From: Pseudomonadota bacterium
GTDB taxonomy: Bacteria; Pseudomonadota; Alphaproteobacteria; Rhizobiales; Amorphaceae
Direction: 5' to 3'
DNA length: 64,000 nt
Assembly: GCA_039189655.1 (NCBI GenBank)
Contig: JBCCYN010000002.1
Span: forward strand, 8,572 to 72,571
The position numbers and the translations under genes were made by a program. Each line of letters opens with the position of its first letter. Within the stretch, counting starts at the first letter, position 1. The notes under the pieces were generated by a model. That model saw only the letters and a program-made list of their open reading frames with translations, made no database searches and was not told the DNA's origin. Of this stretch, positions 48,747 to 59,772 are shown in pieces.

Positions 48747-49745
48747 CTAACCGGTCAGTCCGTCCGCAACGGCAAGGTCGCGTAGTTCCTTTTGCGGTCG
48801 TGCGCCGAAATGGGAAATCACTTCCGCTGCTGCAAGGGCTCCGATCCGGGCACACTCGCCGGGCGGCAACCCCTTTGCATGGCCATGCATATAGCCACCC
48901 GCAAAAAGGTCTCCAGCGCCAGTAAGGTCGACCACCGCCGTTGGATGGGCCGGAACCTCCCACTGGGAGCCTTCGCTCAGCACTCGGGCACCAGCATCCC
49001 CCATCGTAACCACAACGGTCTTCACCTCGCGGGAGAGGGCTTGGCAGGCCTGATCGAGATCGTCGGTCTCAAAAAGGGCCTTTGCCTCGGCGATGTTGGC
49101 AAAGATCAACCCAATCTGGCCGCTTCCAATCCAATCGCGAAAATCGGCTCGGTGGCGCTCGACGCAAAACGAGTCAGAAAGGGTCACCGCTGCGACCCGC
49201 CCACTCTGGTTGGCGCGTTCGGCGGCGGTGCGAAAGGCCCGTTTTGCCGCATCGGGGTCGAACAGATAGCCCTCCAGGAAGGTGATCGCGGACGCGTCCA
49301 CCAACTCGAAATCAATGTCGTCCACCGTGAGGAGTTGGCATGCTCCCAGGTGGGTGTTCATGGTCCTTTCCCCATCGGGTGTGACGAGGATGATCGAAGT
49401 GGCCGTAGGCGTCCCGTCGGTGATGGGCGTGGTGCGAAATTCGATACCGATGTGGTGCATGTCGCCGCGATAGGCTTCACCATAGGTATCGTTCGCCACC
49501 TTGCCGATGAACGCCGCCCGCCCGCCGAGCGATGCAACGCCCGCAACGGTGTTGCCTGCCGAACCGCCGGAAATCCGCACCGCATCCGTCAGGAGCCCAT
49601 CGACAGCTGCGGATTCCTCGTTGCTCACCAGCCTCATGGAGCCCTTCACGAGACCGTTTTCTGTGAGCGTCTCCTCGCGCACATGCCCCAGGATGTCGAA
49701 GATGGCGTTGCCGATCCCCAATACGTCAAAACGAGTTTCGCTCAA
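48747..49745 (-). CDS. PfkB-family carbohydrate/adenosine kinase
   Basis: GIGNAIFD, GGSAGNT, ERTMNTHLGA, DLTGAGDLFAGG. Confidence 0.92.
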   Translation of the reverse strand: MSETRFDVLGIGNAIFDILGHVREETLTENGLVKGSMRLVSNEESAAVDGLLTDAVRISGGSAGNTVAGVASLGGRAAFIGKVANDTYGEAYRGDMHHIGIEFRTTPITDGTPTATSIILVTPDGERTMNTHLGACQLLTVDDIDFELVDASAITFLEGYLFDPDAAKRAFRTAAERANQSGRVAAVTLSDSFCVERHRADFRDWIGSGQIGLIFANIAEAKALFETDDLDQACQALSREVKTVVVTMGDAGARVLSEGSQWEVPAHPTAVVDLTGAGDLFAGGYMHGHAKGLPPGECARIGALAAAEVISHFGARPQKELRDLAVADGLTG

Positions 49746-49847
49746 GGTGGTCTCCTCAGGCCAGGCAGGTCAAAGCCGCGGCGGTCAAACACGACTGGAG
49801 CGCAATTGCAACGCCTGTGCGTTCTGATGCGGCCGGACGTGGACGCT

Positions 49848-50753
49848 CTAGCGGGGGCGCGGCACGTGTTGAACGAGGAAGGGCTGGAGCGCTGCAAGCA
49901 CCGCGGCCGGGTTTTCTTCGCAAATGAAGTGCCCGGCATCGATGCCTCGACCTGTGGCGTCCGGCGCAAGCGGACGCCAGGCCTCAAGGGGAGGCCGGCC
50001 GTCGCCAGCGCTGAAGGCGTTTCCCCACAGCACGAGGGTCGGACAGCCGATCGTTTCGCCGTTGGCAAAGCTTGCCTCGTCATCGACACGATCGATGGTG
50101 GCGCCGGCCCGGTAGTCCTCGCAGGAGGCGCGCAGGTGGGCCGGATCTGCAAAGCACTCGCGATAGTCTGCCATCGCCAGGGGGTCGAAGGCGCTGAGGT
50201 CTCCTGCTTTCGTCCAGCTTGCCATGGTGTGGTCCAAAAACCCTCCAGGGTCATGGCCAATGAGCATTTCGGGGAGCGGGGAAGGCTGTGCCAGGAAGAG
50301 CCAGTGGTAGTAGGTGAGTGCGCGGTTCACGGTGAAGTTTGCCCAAAGGACGCCCGTCGGCACGATATCAAGGACCGCAAGGGCGAGCACCCTTTGCGGA
50401 TGATCAAGGGACAACCGGTAGCCCACGCGCCCCCCACGGTCATGGCCGACCACCGCGAAACGCCCGTAGCCCAGCAGCTCCATGAGCGCCACCATATCGG
50501 CAGCGATCCTGCGCTTGCTGTACCGGGCCGGCCCCCCATCGGGTGCATCGGATCGACCGTAGCCCGGAAGGTCCGGCGCGATGACGGTGTGCTGATCGAT
50601 CAAGGGAGTGGCCACCTGATGCCACATGACAGAGGTTTGCGGGTAACCGTGGAGGAGAAGGAGGGGTGGTCCGCGGCCTGCCGTGCGCACAAAAATGTCA
50701 TCGCCGCCTACGGTGACGCGCTTTTCATCAAATTCTGACATGGGTGCGGTCAT
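49848..50753 (-). CDS. haloacetate (fluoroacetate) dehalogenase-like alpha/beta hydrolase
   Basis: LLHGYPQT, GHDRGGRV, YYHWLFLAQP, CEDYRAGA, GHF..EE. Confidence 0.82.
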   Translation of the reverse strand: MTAPMSEFDEKRVTVGGDDIFVRTAGRGPPLLLLHGYPQTSVMWHQVATPLIDQHTVIAPDLPGYGRSDAPDGGPARYSKRRIAADMVALMELLGYGRFAVVGHDRGGRVGYRLSLDHPQRVLALAVLDIVPTGVLWANFTVNRALTYYHWLFLAQPSPLPEMLIGHDPGGFLDHTMASWTKAGDLSAFDPLAMADYRECFADPAHLRASCEDYRAGATIDRVDDEASFANGETIGCPTLVLWGNAFSAGDGRPPLEAWRPLAPDATGRGIDAGHFICEENPAAVLAALQPFLVQHVPRPR

Positions 50754-51370
50754 GGGCTGGGGGTGTCCTTGAGCGTGTCGCGCACCATCAACACCCTCAC
50801 GCCGGCCGAGACGAAACAGATTAACGCAAAGCCGATGGCGATTGGCGCGAAGGCGCCCGGAAAGATGCAAAACACTACGAAAACCGCTATGGTTTCGGCA
50901 CCTTCAGCAATCCCTGCAAAATAGTAGATCGCTTTTTTGCCCTGCACTTCGGTGGTGCGACCGGTCTTTTGAGCGAGCGCCGCGAAGGCGAGAAAGGTGG
51001 CGCCGTTGGCATAAAAGCTTGCGAGGAGGACGGCGGCGGCCACAGCATTGGCGGCCGGATCGTGGAGCGCGAAGGCGAGGGGCACGGCGCCGTAGAAGAA
51101 AAAGTCGAATACGATGTCGTAGTATCCTCCAAGGTCGCTGGCGTGGGTGTTGCGGGCGATGGGACCATCAAGGCCGTCCGCCAGACGGTTAAGGAGCACC
51201 CCAGCCAACGCCAGCCAAAACCAGCCGACGACGATAAAGGCCGCGGCAAAAAGGCCGCACCCAAACCCGGCAAAGGTCACCCCGTCCGCAGAAACGCCGA
51301 GCCTGCCGAGCGCCTCCGCCAACCGGTTGAGGGGCGGATCAATGAGCGGGCGTAGTCGGCTATCGAACAC
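50750..51370 (-). CDS. CDP-alcohol phosphatidyltransferase family protein (YnjF-like)
   Basis: NRLADGLDGPIAR......GGYYDIV.D, G..EG.ET. Confidence 0.88.
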   Translation of the reverse strand: MFDSRLRPLIDPPLNRLAEALGRLGVSADGVTFAGFGCGLFAAAFIVVGWFWLALAGVLLNRLADGLDGPIARNTHASDLGGYYDIVFDFFFYGAVPLAFALHDPAANAVAAAVLLASFYANGATFLAFAALAQKTGRTTEVQGKKAIYYFAGIAEGAETIAVFVVFCIFPGAFAPIAIGFALICFVSAGVRVLMVRDTLKDTPSP

Positions 51371-51431
51371 GGCTACCAAACGTGGCACATAGGGGGCGTC
51401 GGCCAGGGGCAGGGGGTAGTGGGCGCGTGCA

Positions 51432-51827
51432 ATGATGTACAAGGCAAGCACCAACGAAATCGAGGTGACTGTCGCGCCGAGCTTCTTGCCGGAGCACTCT
51501 TCTCCAGAGAAGAGTCGGTTCGTCTGGGCCTATGAAATCGCCATTCGCAACGGTAGCAGCGAGACGGTCCGCCTTCGCAACCGTCACTGGATCATCATCG
51601 ACGCCAACGGCAATGTGGAGGAAGTTCACGGCCCCGGCGTGGTGGGGGAGCAGCCCACACTGACCCCCGGCGACACGTTCCGCTACACGTCCGGCTGTCC
51701 CCTCACGACCCCCTCGGGGATCATGGTGGGCCAATATGAAATGGAGCGCGCGTCGGGAGAGCGTTTTATGGTGGAAGTGCCCGCCTTCTCCCTGGACCTT
51801 CCGGACGACGGCCGAACGATCAACTAA
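51432..51827 (+). CDS. apaG: ApaG protein
   Basis: FVWAY.I.I.N, RHWIIID.NG..EEV.GPGVVGEQP, YTSGCPL.TPSG.M.G.Y. Confidence 0.95.
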   Translation: MMYKASTNEIEVTVAPSFLPEHSSPEKSRFVWAYEIAIRNGSSETVRLRNRHWIIIDANGNVEEVHGPGVVGEQPTLTPGDTFRYTSGCPLTTPSGIMVGQYEMERASGERFMVEVPAFSLDLPDDGRTIN

Positions 51828-51963
51828 CCGCCTTGCCCGAAAGCAACGGCAACGGGAATTTGGGTGGCCCCCAACGGAAGCCTGTAGCCAGCGCTCGTGG
51901 GAAAACCCGTTGAGACAATCCAAAGAGGTTCCGCGTCCAGGCCGCCACCGAAGAAAGATCGCT

Positions 51964-52377
51964 TTAGAGGCGGCGGTGGCGGGCACGGGCGCCCCGCTCT
52001 ATGGCGGCGACCACGAGCTTCTCAAGCCCCAGTGCATCCCGCAGCATGGCAAGAAAGCGCAGCTCCTCCTGCTGGATGTGCAAGTCGGCCGCGGCAACCT
52101 CCACAGCAAGGGCGTAGGCGGTTTCGTGCAGGTGCACGGGCGTGCAGGCTTTGATGAGTTCCAAAATGGTGTCGAGCCCGTCGTCTTCCTGGAGAATTTC
52201 GCCGCACGTTTCGGCAAGATTGACGAGGCGCTCGGCATCAAAGCCCTGGAACACCGGGAGGGTTTCCACAATCTCGCCGATACGTCTCAACTCGGCGTCG
52301 GTCATGGTCCGGTCGGCCGCTGACATGGTGACCATGGCGAACACCAGGGCTTCGTGGTGGGAGATGGGCTGTTCCAT
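51964..52377 (-). CDS. TerB-family protein
   Basis: ALVFAMVTMSAADR.MTD.EL, ETAYALAVEVAAAD, AAIERGARARH; divergent from lysS as in many alphaproteobacteria. Confidence 0.85.
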   Translation of the reverse strand: MEQPISHHEALVFAMVTMSAADRTMTDAELRRIGEIVETLPVFQGFDAERLVNLAETCGEILQEDDGLDTILELIKACTPVHLHETAYALAVEVAAADLHIQQEELRFLAMLRDALGLEKLVVAAIERGARARHRRL

Positions 52378-52616
52378 AAATCGTCCGGGTGGTTGCTTTA
52401 GAACGGTCCCCTTAGCACCCGCGCGCGCACGGTGCTACGTCTGGGCGCGCCTGCGCGAAAGGTCCCCAGTTTCGCCCCGCCACGGTTGACTTCACCCATG
52501 GGGCGGTGGACACGAACCGCGCGCAGCTCGTCCCTTCCCCAGCCCTTCCCATGCCCCTTGCGTGGGGCGGAAGCGGGACGGGATCCGCACCGTAGGCCCG
52601 CCGGAGGTAACCGATA

Positions 52617-54200
52617 ATGGTTGACGCAATGGAACGCGCAGCGATTGAAAAGGCGAAGTCCTGGCCGTTTGAGGAAGCGCGCAAGGTTGTCAAGCGCCTC
52701 GCCGGGGCGACCCGGGAAGTGGTGTTCCAAACCGGCTACGGCCCCTCGGGACTGCCGCACATCGGGACCTTCGGCGAAGTCGCCCGCACAACAATGGTTC
52801 GCAACGCCTTCCGCCTACTCACCGACGACAAGGTGCCGACACGCCTCATCGCGTTCTCCGACGACATGGACGGGATGCGCAAAATTCCCGGCAACTTGCC
52901 CAATCAGGAGCGCCTCGAGCCCCATATCGGAAAGCCGCTCACCGAAGTTCCCGACCCCTTTGGCGAGTACGAAAGCTTTGCCCATCACAACAACGCTCGC
53001 CTACGCGGTTTCCTCGACGGCTTTGGGTTCGACTACGAGTTCTTCAGCTCTAGCGAGACCTACCGCTCTGGCGCGTTCGACGAGGCTCTCTTGTCGACCC
53101 TGCGCGCCTACGATGACGTCATGGCGATCATGCTGCCGACCCTCGGCGAGGCGCGACGGGCGACCTATTCCCCGTTCCTGCCGATCCACCCAAACACCCG
53201 GATTGTGATGCAGGTGCCGCTGGTGGATCGTGATGTTGATGCCGGGACCATCACCTGGCGCGATCCCGATGATGGCACCCTCCATGAGACCCCGGTGACG
53301 GGCGGCGCGGCAAAGCTGCAATGGAAGCCCGACTGGGCCATGCGTTGGGCAGCACTTGGTGTCGATTACGAAATGGCAGGCAAGGACCTTATCGAATCGG
53401 TTCGGGTGTCGGGCCGTATCTGCAAGGTCATCGGTGGGACGCCACCGGAGGGTTTCAACTTCGAGCTCTTTCTCGACGAGAACGGCGAAAAAATCTCCAA
53501 GACCAAAGGCAATGGGCTTTCGGTGGAAGAATGGCTCACCTATGCGTCGCCGGAAAGCCTCTCGCTATTCATGTATCAAAAACCGAAGGCGGCAAAGCGT
53601 TTATATTTCGATGTCATTCCGAAAGCTGTGGATGAATACTTCGCGTTTGCCGAAAAATACAATAACGCTAACCCTTCGGAGCGGCTCGATAACCCCGTCT
53701 TTCACATCAAGGCCGCTGCGCCTGATGTGGCGACTTCCCCGGTGTCGTTTGCAATGCTGCTCAACTTGGTTTCGGCCTCCAACGCGCAATCGCGGGATGT
53801 GCTTTGGGGCTTCATTTCACGCTACGCGCCCCACGCGACACCAGATAGCGAGCCGGAACTCGACCGGCTTGTGGGCTACGCCATCAGCTATTATCGGGAC
53901 TTCGTTGCACCCGAAAAACGGTTTCGTGCACCAACGCAAAAGGAGCGCGAAGCGCTGACGGAGCTTTCAGATCGCATCGCACCCCTTAATGGCGCTGACG
54001 CCGAGACGATCCAAAACGAGGTCTATGGCGTCGGGAAGGCTCATTTCGATCAACTGCGCGATTGGTTCAGCGCGCTCTATCAGGTCCTGCTGGGCCAGCA
54101 GCAGGGGCCGCGGTTCGGCTCCTTTGTGGCGCTTTACGGTGTGCCGGAAACGAGGGCCATGATCGCCGATGCGCTGGCGCGAAAAGCCGCGAAAGCATAG
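52617..54200 (+). CDS. lysS: class I lysyl-tRNA synthetase
   Basis: [45 protein letters not shown]. Confidence 0.96.
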   Translation: MVDAMERAAIEKAKSWPFEEARKVVKRLAGATREVVFQTGYGPSGLPHIGTFGEVARTTMVRNAFRLLTDDKVPTRLIAFSDDMDGMRKIPGNLPNQERLEPHIGKPLTEVPDPFGEYESFAHHNNARLRGFLDGFGFDYEFFSSSETYRSGAFDEALLSTLRAYDDVMAIMLPTLGEARRATYSPFLPIHPNTRIVMQVPLVDRDVDAGTITWRDPDDGTLHETPVTGGAAKLQWKPDWAMRWAALGVDYEMAGKDLIESVRVSGRICKVIGGTPPEGFNFELFLDENGEKISKTKGNGLSVEEWLTYASPESLSLFMYQKPKAAKRLYFDVIPKAVDEYFAFAEKYNNANPSERLDNPVFHIKAAAPDVATSPVSFAMLLNLVSASNAQSRDVLWGFISRYAPHATPDSEPELDRLVGYAISYYRDFVAPEKRFRAPTQKEREALTELSDRIAPLNGADAETIQNEVYGVGKAHFDQLRDWFSALYQVLLGQQQGPRFGSFVALYGVPETRAMIADALARKAAKA

Positions 54201-54376
54201 TTGCGCCAATCACACTTCAATGCGCTCTCGTTATGACTGTTGATCCGCCGACGACTTGGGCCAGCAAGTTCTACGCAAGGTCAATCTGCTAGCATTTGGG
54301 CTAATGTGCACAGCTACTTGTGGACGAGACCCTGAAAGTGGGTCCTGCTGGGAAATCCTATCCGGAGTTCAACATA

Positions 54377-56071
54377 ATGTTGGGTGCCAACGACAAAAAT
54401 GCGCAATCGGAACTCGATGCGCTTGATCGAACTCAGGCCATTATCCGATTCAAGCCAGACGGCACGATCATCGAAGCGAACAAAAACTTTCTGGACGCGA
54501 TGGGGTACGCGTTGGACGAAATCCGCGGCAAACACCACAGCATGTTTGTGGATCCTGCCTATGCTGAAAGCAAAGAGTATGCGGATTTCTGGTCACGCCT
54601 TGCCCATGACGAGCCCTTTCAAGCCCGCTACAAACGTTTCGCGAAGGGTGATCGCGAAGTTTGGATCGAGGCTTCCTACAATCCCATCCTCGACCGAAAG
54701 GGGAAAGTAGAGCAGGTCGTAAAATACGCGACCGACGTCACCGAGCAGATGCATCAACTCGCTGATGCGAAAGGTAAACTCGAAGCCATTGACCGGGCTC
54801 AAGCTATCATCGAGTTCGAGCTGGACGGAACCATCATCACGGCCAACGATATCTTTTTGGCTGCGATGGGTTACCAGCTGGATGAAATAAAAGGTAAAAA
54901 CCACAAGATGTTCGTCACGCCTGCTTTCGCAAGCACTGACGAATATGACTCAATGTGGAATGAGCTGCGGGAGGGCAACCACGTCAGTGGGGAGCATCGC
55001 CGGGTTGCCAAAGGTAACCGCGAAGTGTGGATTCAGGCGTCCTACAATCCCATCGCAGGCGCCGACGGAAAACTCGTCAAAGTCGTCAAGCTCGCCACCG
55101 ATATAACAAAGCAAAAGCTGGCCGCTCTCGAATTCAAATCAAAGACGGATGCGATCGGCCGTTCCCAAGCCGTGATCGAATTCGACTTGGACGGCAATAT
55201 CCTCAACGCCAACGAGAACTTCTTGCAAGCTGTGGGATACAGGCGGGACGAGATTATCGGTCAGCACCACAGCATGTTCGTGGACAATGAATACGCGCGC
55301 AGTCGGGAATACTCCGAGTTTTGGGCCAACCTCCGCGCTGGCCAATTTGACGCCAAAGTCTACAAACGCTTCCGCAAAGACGGCAGCGCCATCTATATCC
55401 AAGCATCTTACAACCCAGTCTTTGACAGTGACGGCGCCCCCTGGAAGGTGATCAAATTCGCCAGCGACATTACAGGGCTCATTGAGACCGGGACCCTTGC
55501 AGAGACGACGAGCGCCAATGTCCAGAGCGTTGCCACAGCGATCGAAGAGTTGTCTGCATCGGTGTCAGACATTAGCACCAATATGGCGCGTTCGGCCGAC
55601 GCAACTAAAGGCATCATCGAGACCCTCAACCGGTCGAACACCGCCGCCGATAAGTTGGTGGGAAGCACAGAAGCGATGCAAGGGATCGTTGAAATCATCA
55701 ACGGCCTTACCGGACAGGTGAATCTCTTGGCTCTCAACGCCACCATCGAGGCTGCGCGCGCGGGCGACGCCGGCGCTGGATTTGCTGTGGTGGCGGCGGA
55801 GGTCAAGAACCTCGCGAACCAGACGGCAAGTGCGACGGAAAACATCATCAAAGAAATCGCAAACGTACAGAACGTTTCGCAAGCCGTTGCCGACAGTGTC
55901 CGCGAGCTCACCCATTCTGCAGCGACCGTGAACGAGAATGTCACCTCTACGGCGACATCCTTGGAGCAACAGTCCTCTGTCACCCAGGAAATTTCGCAAA
56001 ACACGCAGCAGTCCGCGGTTCTCGTGGAGAAAATCGCAAGTCAGGTGAACGGCCACCTTAATGCCGCCTAG
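54377..56071 (+). CDS. soluble methyl-accepting chemotaxis protein with three PAS/PAC domains
   Basis: Three repeats of A.IEF..DG.I..AN..FL..MGY..DEI.G.HH.MF...WI.ASYNP; signalling domain [26 protein letters not shown]; no TM helix. Confidence 0.93.
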   Translation: MLGANDKNAQSELDALDRTQAIIRFKPDGTIIEANKNFLDAMGYALDEIRGKHHSMFVDPAYAESKEYADFWSRLAHDEPFQARYKRFAKGDREVWIEASYNPILDRKGKVEQVVKYATDVTEQMHQLADAKGKLEAIDRAQAIIEFELDGTIITANDIFLAAMGYQLDEIKGKNHKMFVTPAFASTDEYDSMWNELREGNHVSGEHRRVAKGNREVWIQASYNPIAGADGKLVKVVKLATDITKQKLAALEFKSKTDAIGRSQAVIEFDLDGNILNANENFLQAVGYRRDEIIGQHHSMFVDNEYARSREYSEFWANLRAGQFDAKVYKRFRKDGSAIYIQASYNPVFDSDGAPWKVIKFASDITGLIETGTLAETTSANVQSVATAIEELSASVSDISTNMARSADATKGIIETLNRSNTAADKLVGSTEAMQGIVEIINGLTGQVNLLALNATIEAARAGDAGAGFAVVAAEVKNLANQTASATENIIKEIANVQNVSQAVADSVRELTHSAATVNENVTSTATSLEQQSSVTQEISQNTQQSAVLVEKIASQVNGHLNAA

Positions 56072-56251
56072 GTAGGGTTCTGCCGGGATCGGGTCATCGC
56101 CGCGCAAACGACAATGCCTTAGCATGCGGTGGTGACCAGACCCCAAAACCTCAGCTTCGATTCGCTCTCCGATGCATGCTCATGGAGACGAAGAAAACCA
56201 TCGACACATCAGTCGGACGATCACAGCGTCGAACACCAGGATGCCTACAGC

Positions 56252-57285
56252 TAGAACCTTTTCGATCTACTCGTACGCATAGCCGCAGTCGGCGAGGTAG
56301 TTGGTGCACTCGTCCGGTGTGAAGGCGTCGAGCACGCGACCGATAGTGTCCCATAGGTGTTCGCAGGTGCAAGCGGCGGTCTTACGCAGGAGTGCCTTGA
56401 GCTTGGCGAAGGCCTGCTCAATGGGTTTGAACTCTGGGCTGTATGGCGGGAGATAGATGAGGCTGGCGCCCGCGCCCTCGATCGCCTCGCCCACGCCAGC
56501 GACCTTGTGCGCGGGCAGGTTGTCCATCGCCATCACGTCGCCTGCCGAAATCACAGGCACCAGGAACTGCACGACGTAAGCCTTGAAGGCGCGAGCCTTC
56601 ATCGGCCCGGAAAGGACCAGCGACGCAACGATCCCGTCGGCGCGCAGCCCGGCGAGGAACATCGTTGTCTGCCAATGGCCAAACGGGGCTGCATCCACCA
56701 GCCGGTCGCCCTTCAGGGTCCAGCTGCGGGTGCGCAACATCTTGGTTCATCCCCCCGTCTCGTCCAGGAACACGAACCGCTCGACGTCCATGAACGGCAG
56801 CGCCGTGCGCCATCGATCCTGCCCCTTGGCGATGTCGGGCCGGCCCTGCTCGGTAGCCCTCAGCGACTTTTTTGTTTGACAGGGCGAGCCGGCGCAGCCC
56901 CGGCACTTGGTTCAAAGATGCACCTTCGGTCGCCGCTCTAGGCGATCGCCTCGGTGAGTACGGCCAGCGTGATGCCCTTGTCGGTCTCCACAAATTTCTT
57001 GATTAGGTCCTCATAGCCAGTAAGAACCGGCTTTCGATACCCGCCAATCTCGGCCGCTTCGACGGACCTGGTCGCGCGAAACTGCTGCATCAGCTTGATC
57101 ATTGCCGAGGGGCTGACGTCGAACCATGCCGCCACCTGGCGCCTTGATGCGCCAGCCTCCACCGCCTTCACCAATCGCGCCCGCAGATCGTTCGAAAGCG
57201 CAACCATCTGAGCCGTCCATACCCAAACCGACAGCCCCTTCAGAATCTGATTTGTGCGATTCCCAGCAAACCCCGAAATGCTCTA
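56252..57285 (-). mobile_element. decayed IS630-family element A
   Basis: HTH orfA (LSNDLRARLV..V..G.SRRQVA..F.VS) has a premature TAG; DDE orfB ([24 protein letters not shown]) has an in-frame TGA after FLDETGG; ends TAGAGCATTTCG and TAGAACCTTTTCG. Confidence 0.88.
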
Positions 57286-58298
57286 TGGCGCTATCCGATC
57301 ATGCTGGACCATACCCGCAGTTGGCGAAGTAGTTTCGTGCGGGCTGCGGTGTGACGAGATCGACGACTGCGCCGATACGATCCCATAGGGCGGCGATGGC
57401 CCGCTCGCCGCCCTTCTTCAGGTGCGCTTTGATCTGCGAGAAGGCGATTTCGATAGGGCTGAAGTCGGGGCTGTAGGGCGGCAGGAAGCGCAGTTCAGCC
57501 GCGGCGCCCTCGATGAGGGCACGGGTTCGTGGGCTGTTGTGGTTGGATAGATTGTCCATGACGATCACGTGGCCCGGCCGCAAGACGGGAACGAGAAAAC
57601 GCGCGACATAAGCCTCGAAGCACCGTGTGTTGATGGCTCGATCCAGAACCATGGGCGCGACGATGCCCCGAAGGCGGAGACCGGTGACAAGGGTCGTCGT
57701 CTTCCAATGGTCATGTGGGACGCCCATGCGCAGCCGCTCGCCGCGCCGGCACCGGCCATGGGTGCGGGTCATCTTGGTGGATGCCCACGTCTTGTCGATG
57801 AAGATCAGCCGCTCGGTGCCGAGGTTGCACTGGCGCTCGAACCAGGCGAACGGTCGGGCGAGGATGTCCAGCCGGCTTTGCTCGTCGGCGTGCGTGGTCT
57901 TTTTTGCGCATGATCTGATGGCGTTTGAGGAAGCGTTGGAGCGTTCCGAGCCCGAACGTCAGGCCGCTTGCTGCTAGCTGCCGGCGCAACTCGTGGATCG
58001 TCGCGTCCGGTGTCTCGCGAAGCGTTGCGAGGATCCTGGGCGCCGCTGCTTCGACCCTTGCGGAGCGACGGTCGCCACCCACAGGCCCGGGCCGCGCGCT
58101 CCCCTCGCGTTGCCGCGCCCGTAAACGGCTGACGCTTGCGGGGCTGACACCGAACCGGTCCGAGACCGTACGGTGGGTCATCCCTTCATCCACTTCGCGC
58201 AGCACGTGAACCCGCAGATCCAACGGATGAGCTTTGGCCATGTCAGCCGGTCTCCCTCCGGCCGACAGGCTGAATCAAATCCGACCTAACCGATCGTA
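57284..58298 (-). mobile_element. decayed IS630-family element B
   Basis: orfA MAKAHPLDLRVHVL..V.EG, junction CGCAAAAAAGACC, orfB FIDKT...MDNLSNH...LPPYSPDFSPIE; right end shares the TA at 57284-57285 with element A; left end only approximate. Confidence 0.82.
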
Positions 58299-58620
58299 GA
58301 GCGCTGATTCTGTCACGTCGGGTGCCGATCTAGATGATCGCAGTCGTCAGTCCCGGCGGCGTTATGCCTTTGTGTGTCTTTCTCAGTTACAGGAGCACTT
58401 ACTCGTAGCCCCAAGAAGCGGTCTGCGGAAACCATAAATGCGCGTTGGTGCCACACTCCCCGTTGCCGGTAGCAGTTGAGTTTGCCTTAAGACCATCGAT
58501 GGGCTCACATCAAATCGCGCCGCACCCTGCCGGCAGGACCACCCACCTCCACTGCCCTCACAAGCCGAAACCGCAAATTATTTTCTAGAACCGCCATCGT
58601 AAAAACCTCGACTGCTACAG

Positions 58621-59772
58621 TCAGCAAATGAACAGCTGGCGGGGAAACTGGGTCAACCGCTCGGTGCCATCATCTGTCACCAAGATGGTTTCCGAGATCC
58701 CAAATCCTTGGGCGAGGACATAGGTGTGAAACGTCATTCCTGCCTTGAAACTCCATCGCGCGTCTGGCGTTGCCTCCAATGCCTCGCTTCCGCTTGGCTG
58801 CAGCAATAGTCCCACAGAATAAAAAGTCTTGTTCGTGTAAGTCTCGCGCAAGCCCGCCGAAAGCACGCGGTCTCTATAGATCGCATCCGGGATCGACGCT
58901 TTTACCCCGGGGCGCACAGCGGAGATGGCTTCGTCCTGGATAACCGACAGTTCCTCCACGATGCGATGGTCGTTGTCCCGCGCCGGGGCAATCCGCAACG
59001 GTCGCATAAACCGGGCATGGTAGTGCCGCACGTTGGGCGTGACCTCGATTTGCACCATGTCACCGCGCCGGAGCACCCGGTCTGAGTAGCCGCCATGAAG
59101 GTGGAACGCGCGTTCGCCCGAAGACATCACGCCAGGGCCAGGCAAGTCGGAGCCGGCGCGTATCATCGCTGCACATATTTCAGCGGCCATTTCGCGCTCC
59201 GACACTCCTTCGCCGGCGCTTTCGATGGCGGCGCTCATGCCAGCTTCGGCTGCTCGGGCCGCTTGGCGCTGCCACTCGATCTCCGCACGCGATTTGATAA
59301 GGCGCATTGTCGACACGAGATGGCTTTCGTCTTCGAACCGCGCCCGCGGCAATGCGGTGCGAAGAGCCGCAAGCCGTGCGGCTGACAGTGGCCATGCGGC
59401 CATCTCGATGGCCAGCGCCGGTGCATCGCCAAGACGGCGGCGTATAGCGTCGGCCGCAACCGCCACAGGATCGTCGGTGTCGGTCCAAAAGATGCCGGCG
59501 GCGGTGGGGCTCGTGGCCTCAAGATAGAACGCCTCGACGTCTCGGCACACCACCAAAGGTGCGCCTGAAGCCGGAACCACCGCGCACTGAAAGGTGCCAT
59601 AGCCTCGGGTGAAGAAGCCGGTGATCCATGTGACACTCTCGGGAAGGAACGCAATCAACCCGTCATGGCCGCGGGCTACCAATGCCGCTTGCACCTTTGC
59701 CAGCCGAGCCCCGTATTCATCCGCGCTGAACCAGGGTTCAAAAATCATCGGCGCCGCCTGGGCGTCATCCAT
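58621..59772 (-). CDS. M24/creatinase-fold hydrolase (DoeA/EutD-like, metal ligands degenerate)
   Basis: FSADEYGARLAKVQ, WITGF, LIKS.AEI..QRQAA, GMTFH, ISETILVTDDG.ERLT. Confidence 0.82.
   Translation of the reverse strand: MDDAQAAPMIFEPWFSADEYGARLAKVQAALVARGHDGLIAFLPESVTWITGFFTRGYGTFQCAVVPASGAPLVVCRDVEAFYLEATSPTAAGIFWTDTDDPVAVAADAIRRRLGDAPALAIEMAAWPLSAARLAALRTALPRARFEDESHLVSTMRLIKSRAEIEWQRQAARAAEAGMSAAIESAGEGVSEREMAAEICAAMIRAGSDLPGPGVMSSGERAFHLHGGYSDRVLRRGDMVQIEVTPNVRHYHARFMRPLRIAPARDNDHRIVEELSVIQDEAISAVRPGVKASIPDAIYRDRVLSAGLRETYTNKTFYSVGLLLQPSGSEALEATPDARWSFKAGMTFHTYVLAQGFGISETILVTDDGTERLTQFPRQLFIC

Noticed and set aside
48792-50738. 648-aa plus-strand ORF and other long antisense ORFs (e.g. 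39370..40560, 27974..28978, 21261..22181)
   Set aside because: Shadow frames of well-supported genes in high-GC DNA, with no recognisable motifs
56170-56254. Hydrophobic fragment LAVGILVFDAVIVRLMCRWFSSSP as a gene truncated by IS630
   Set aside because: Too short, and no matching 5' half was found beyond the IS pair
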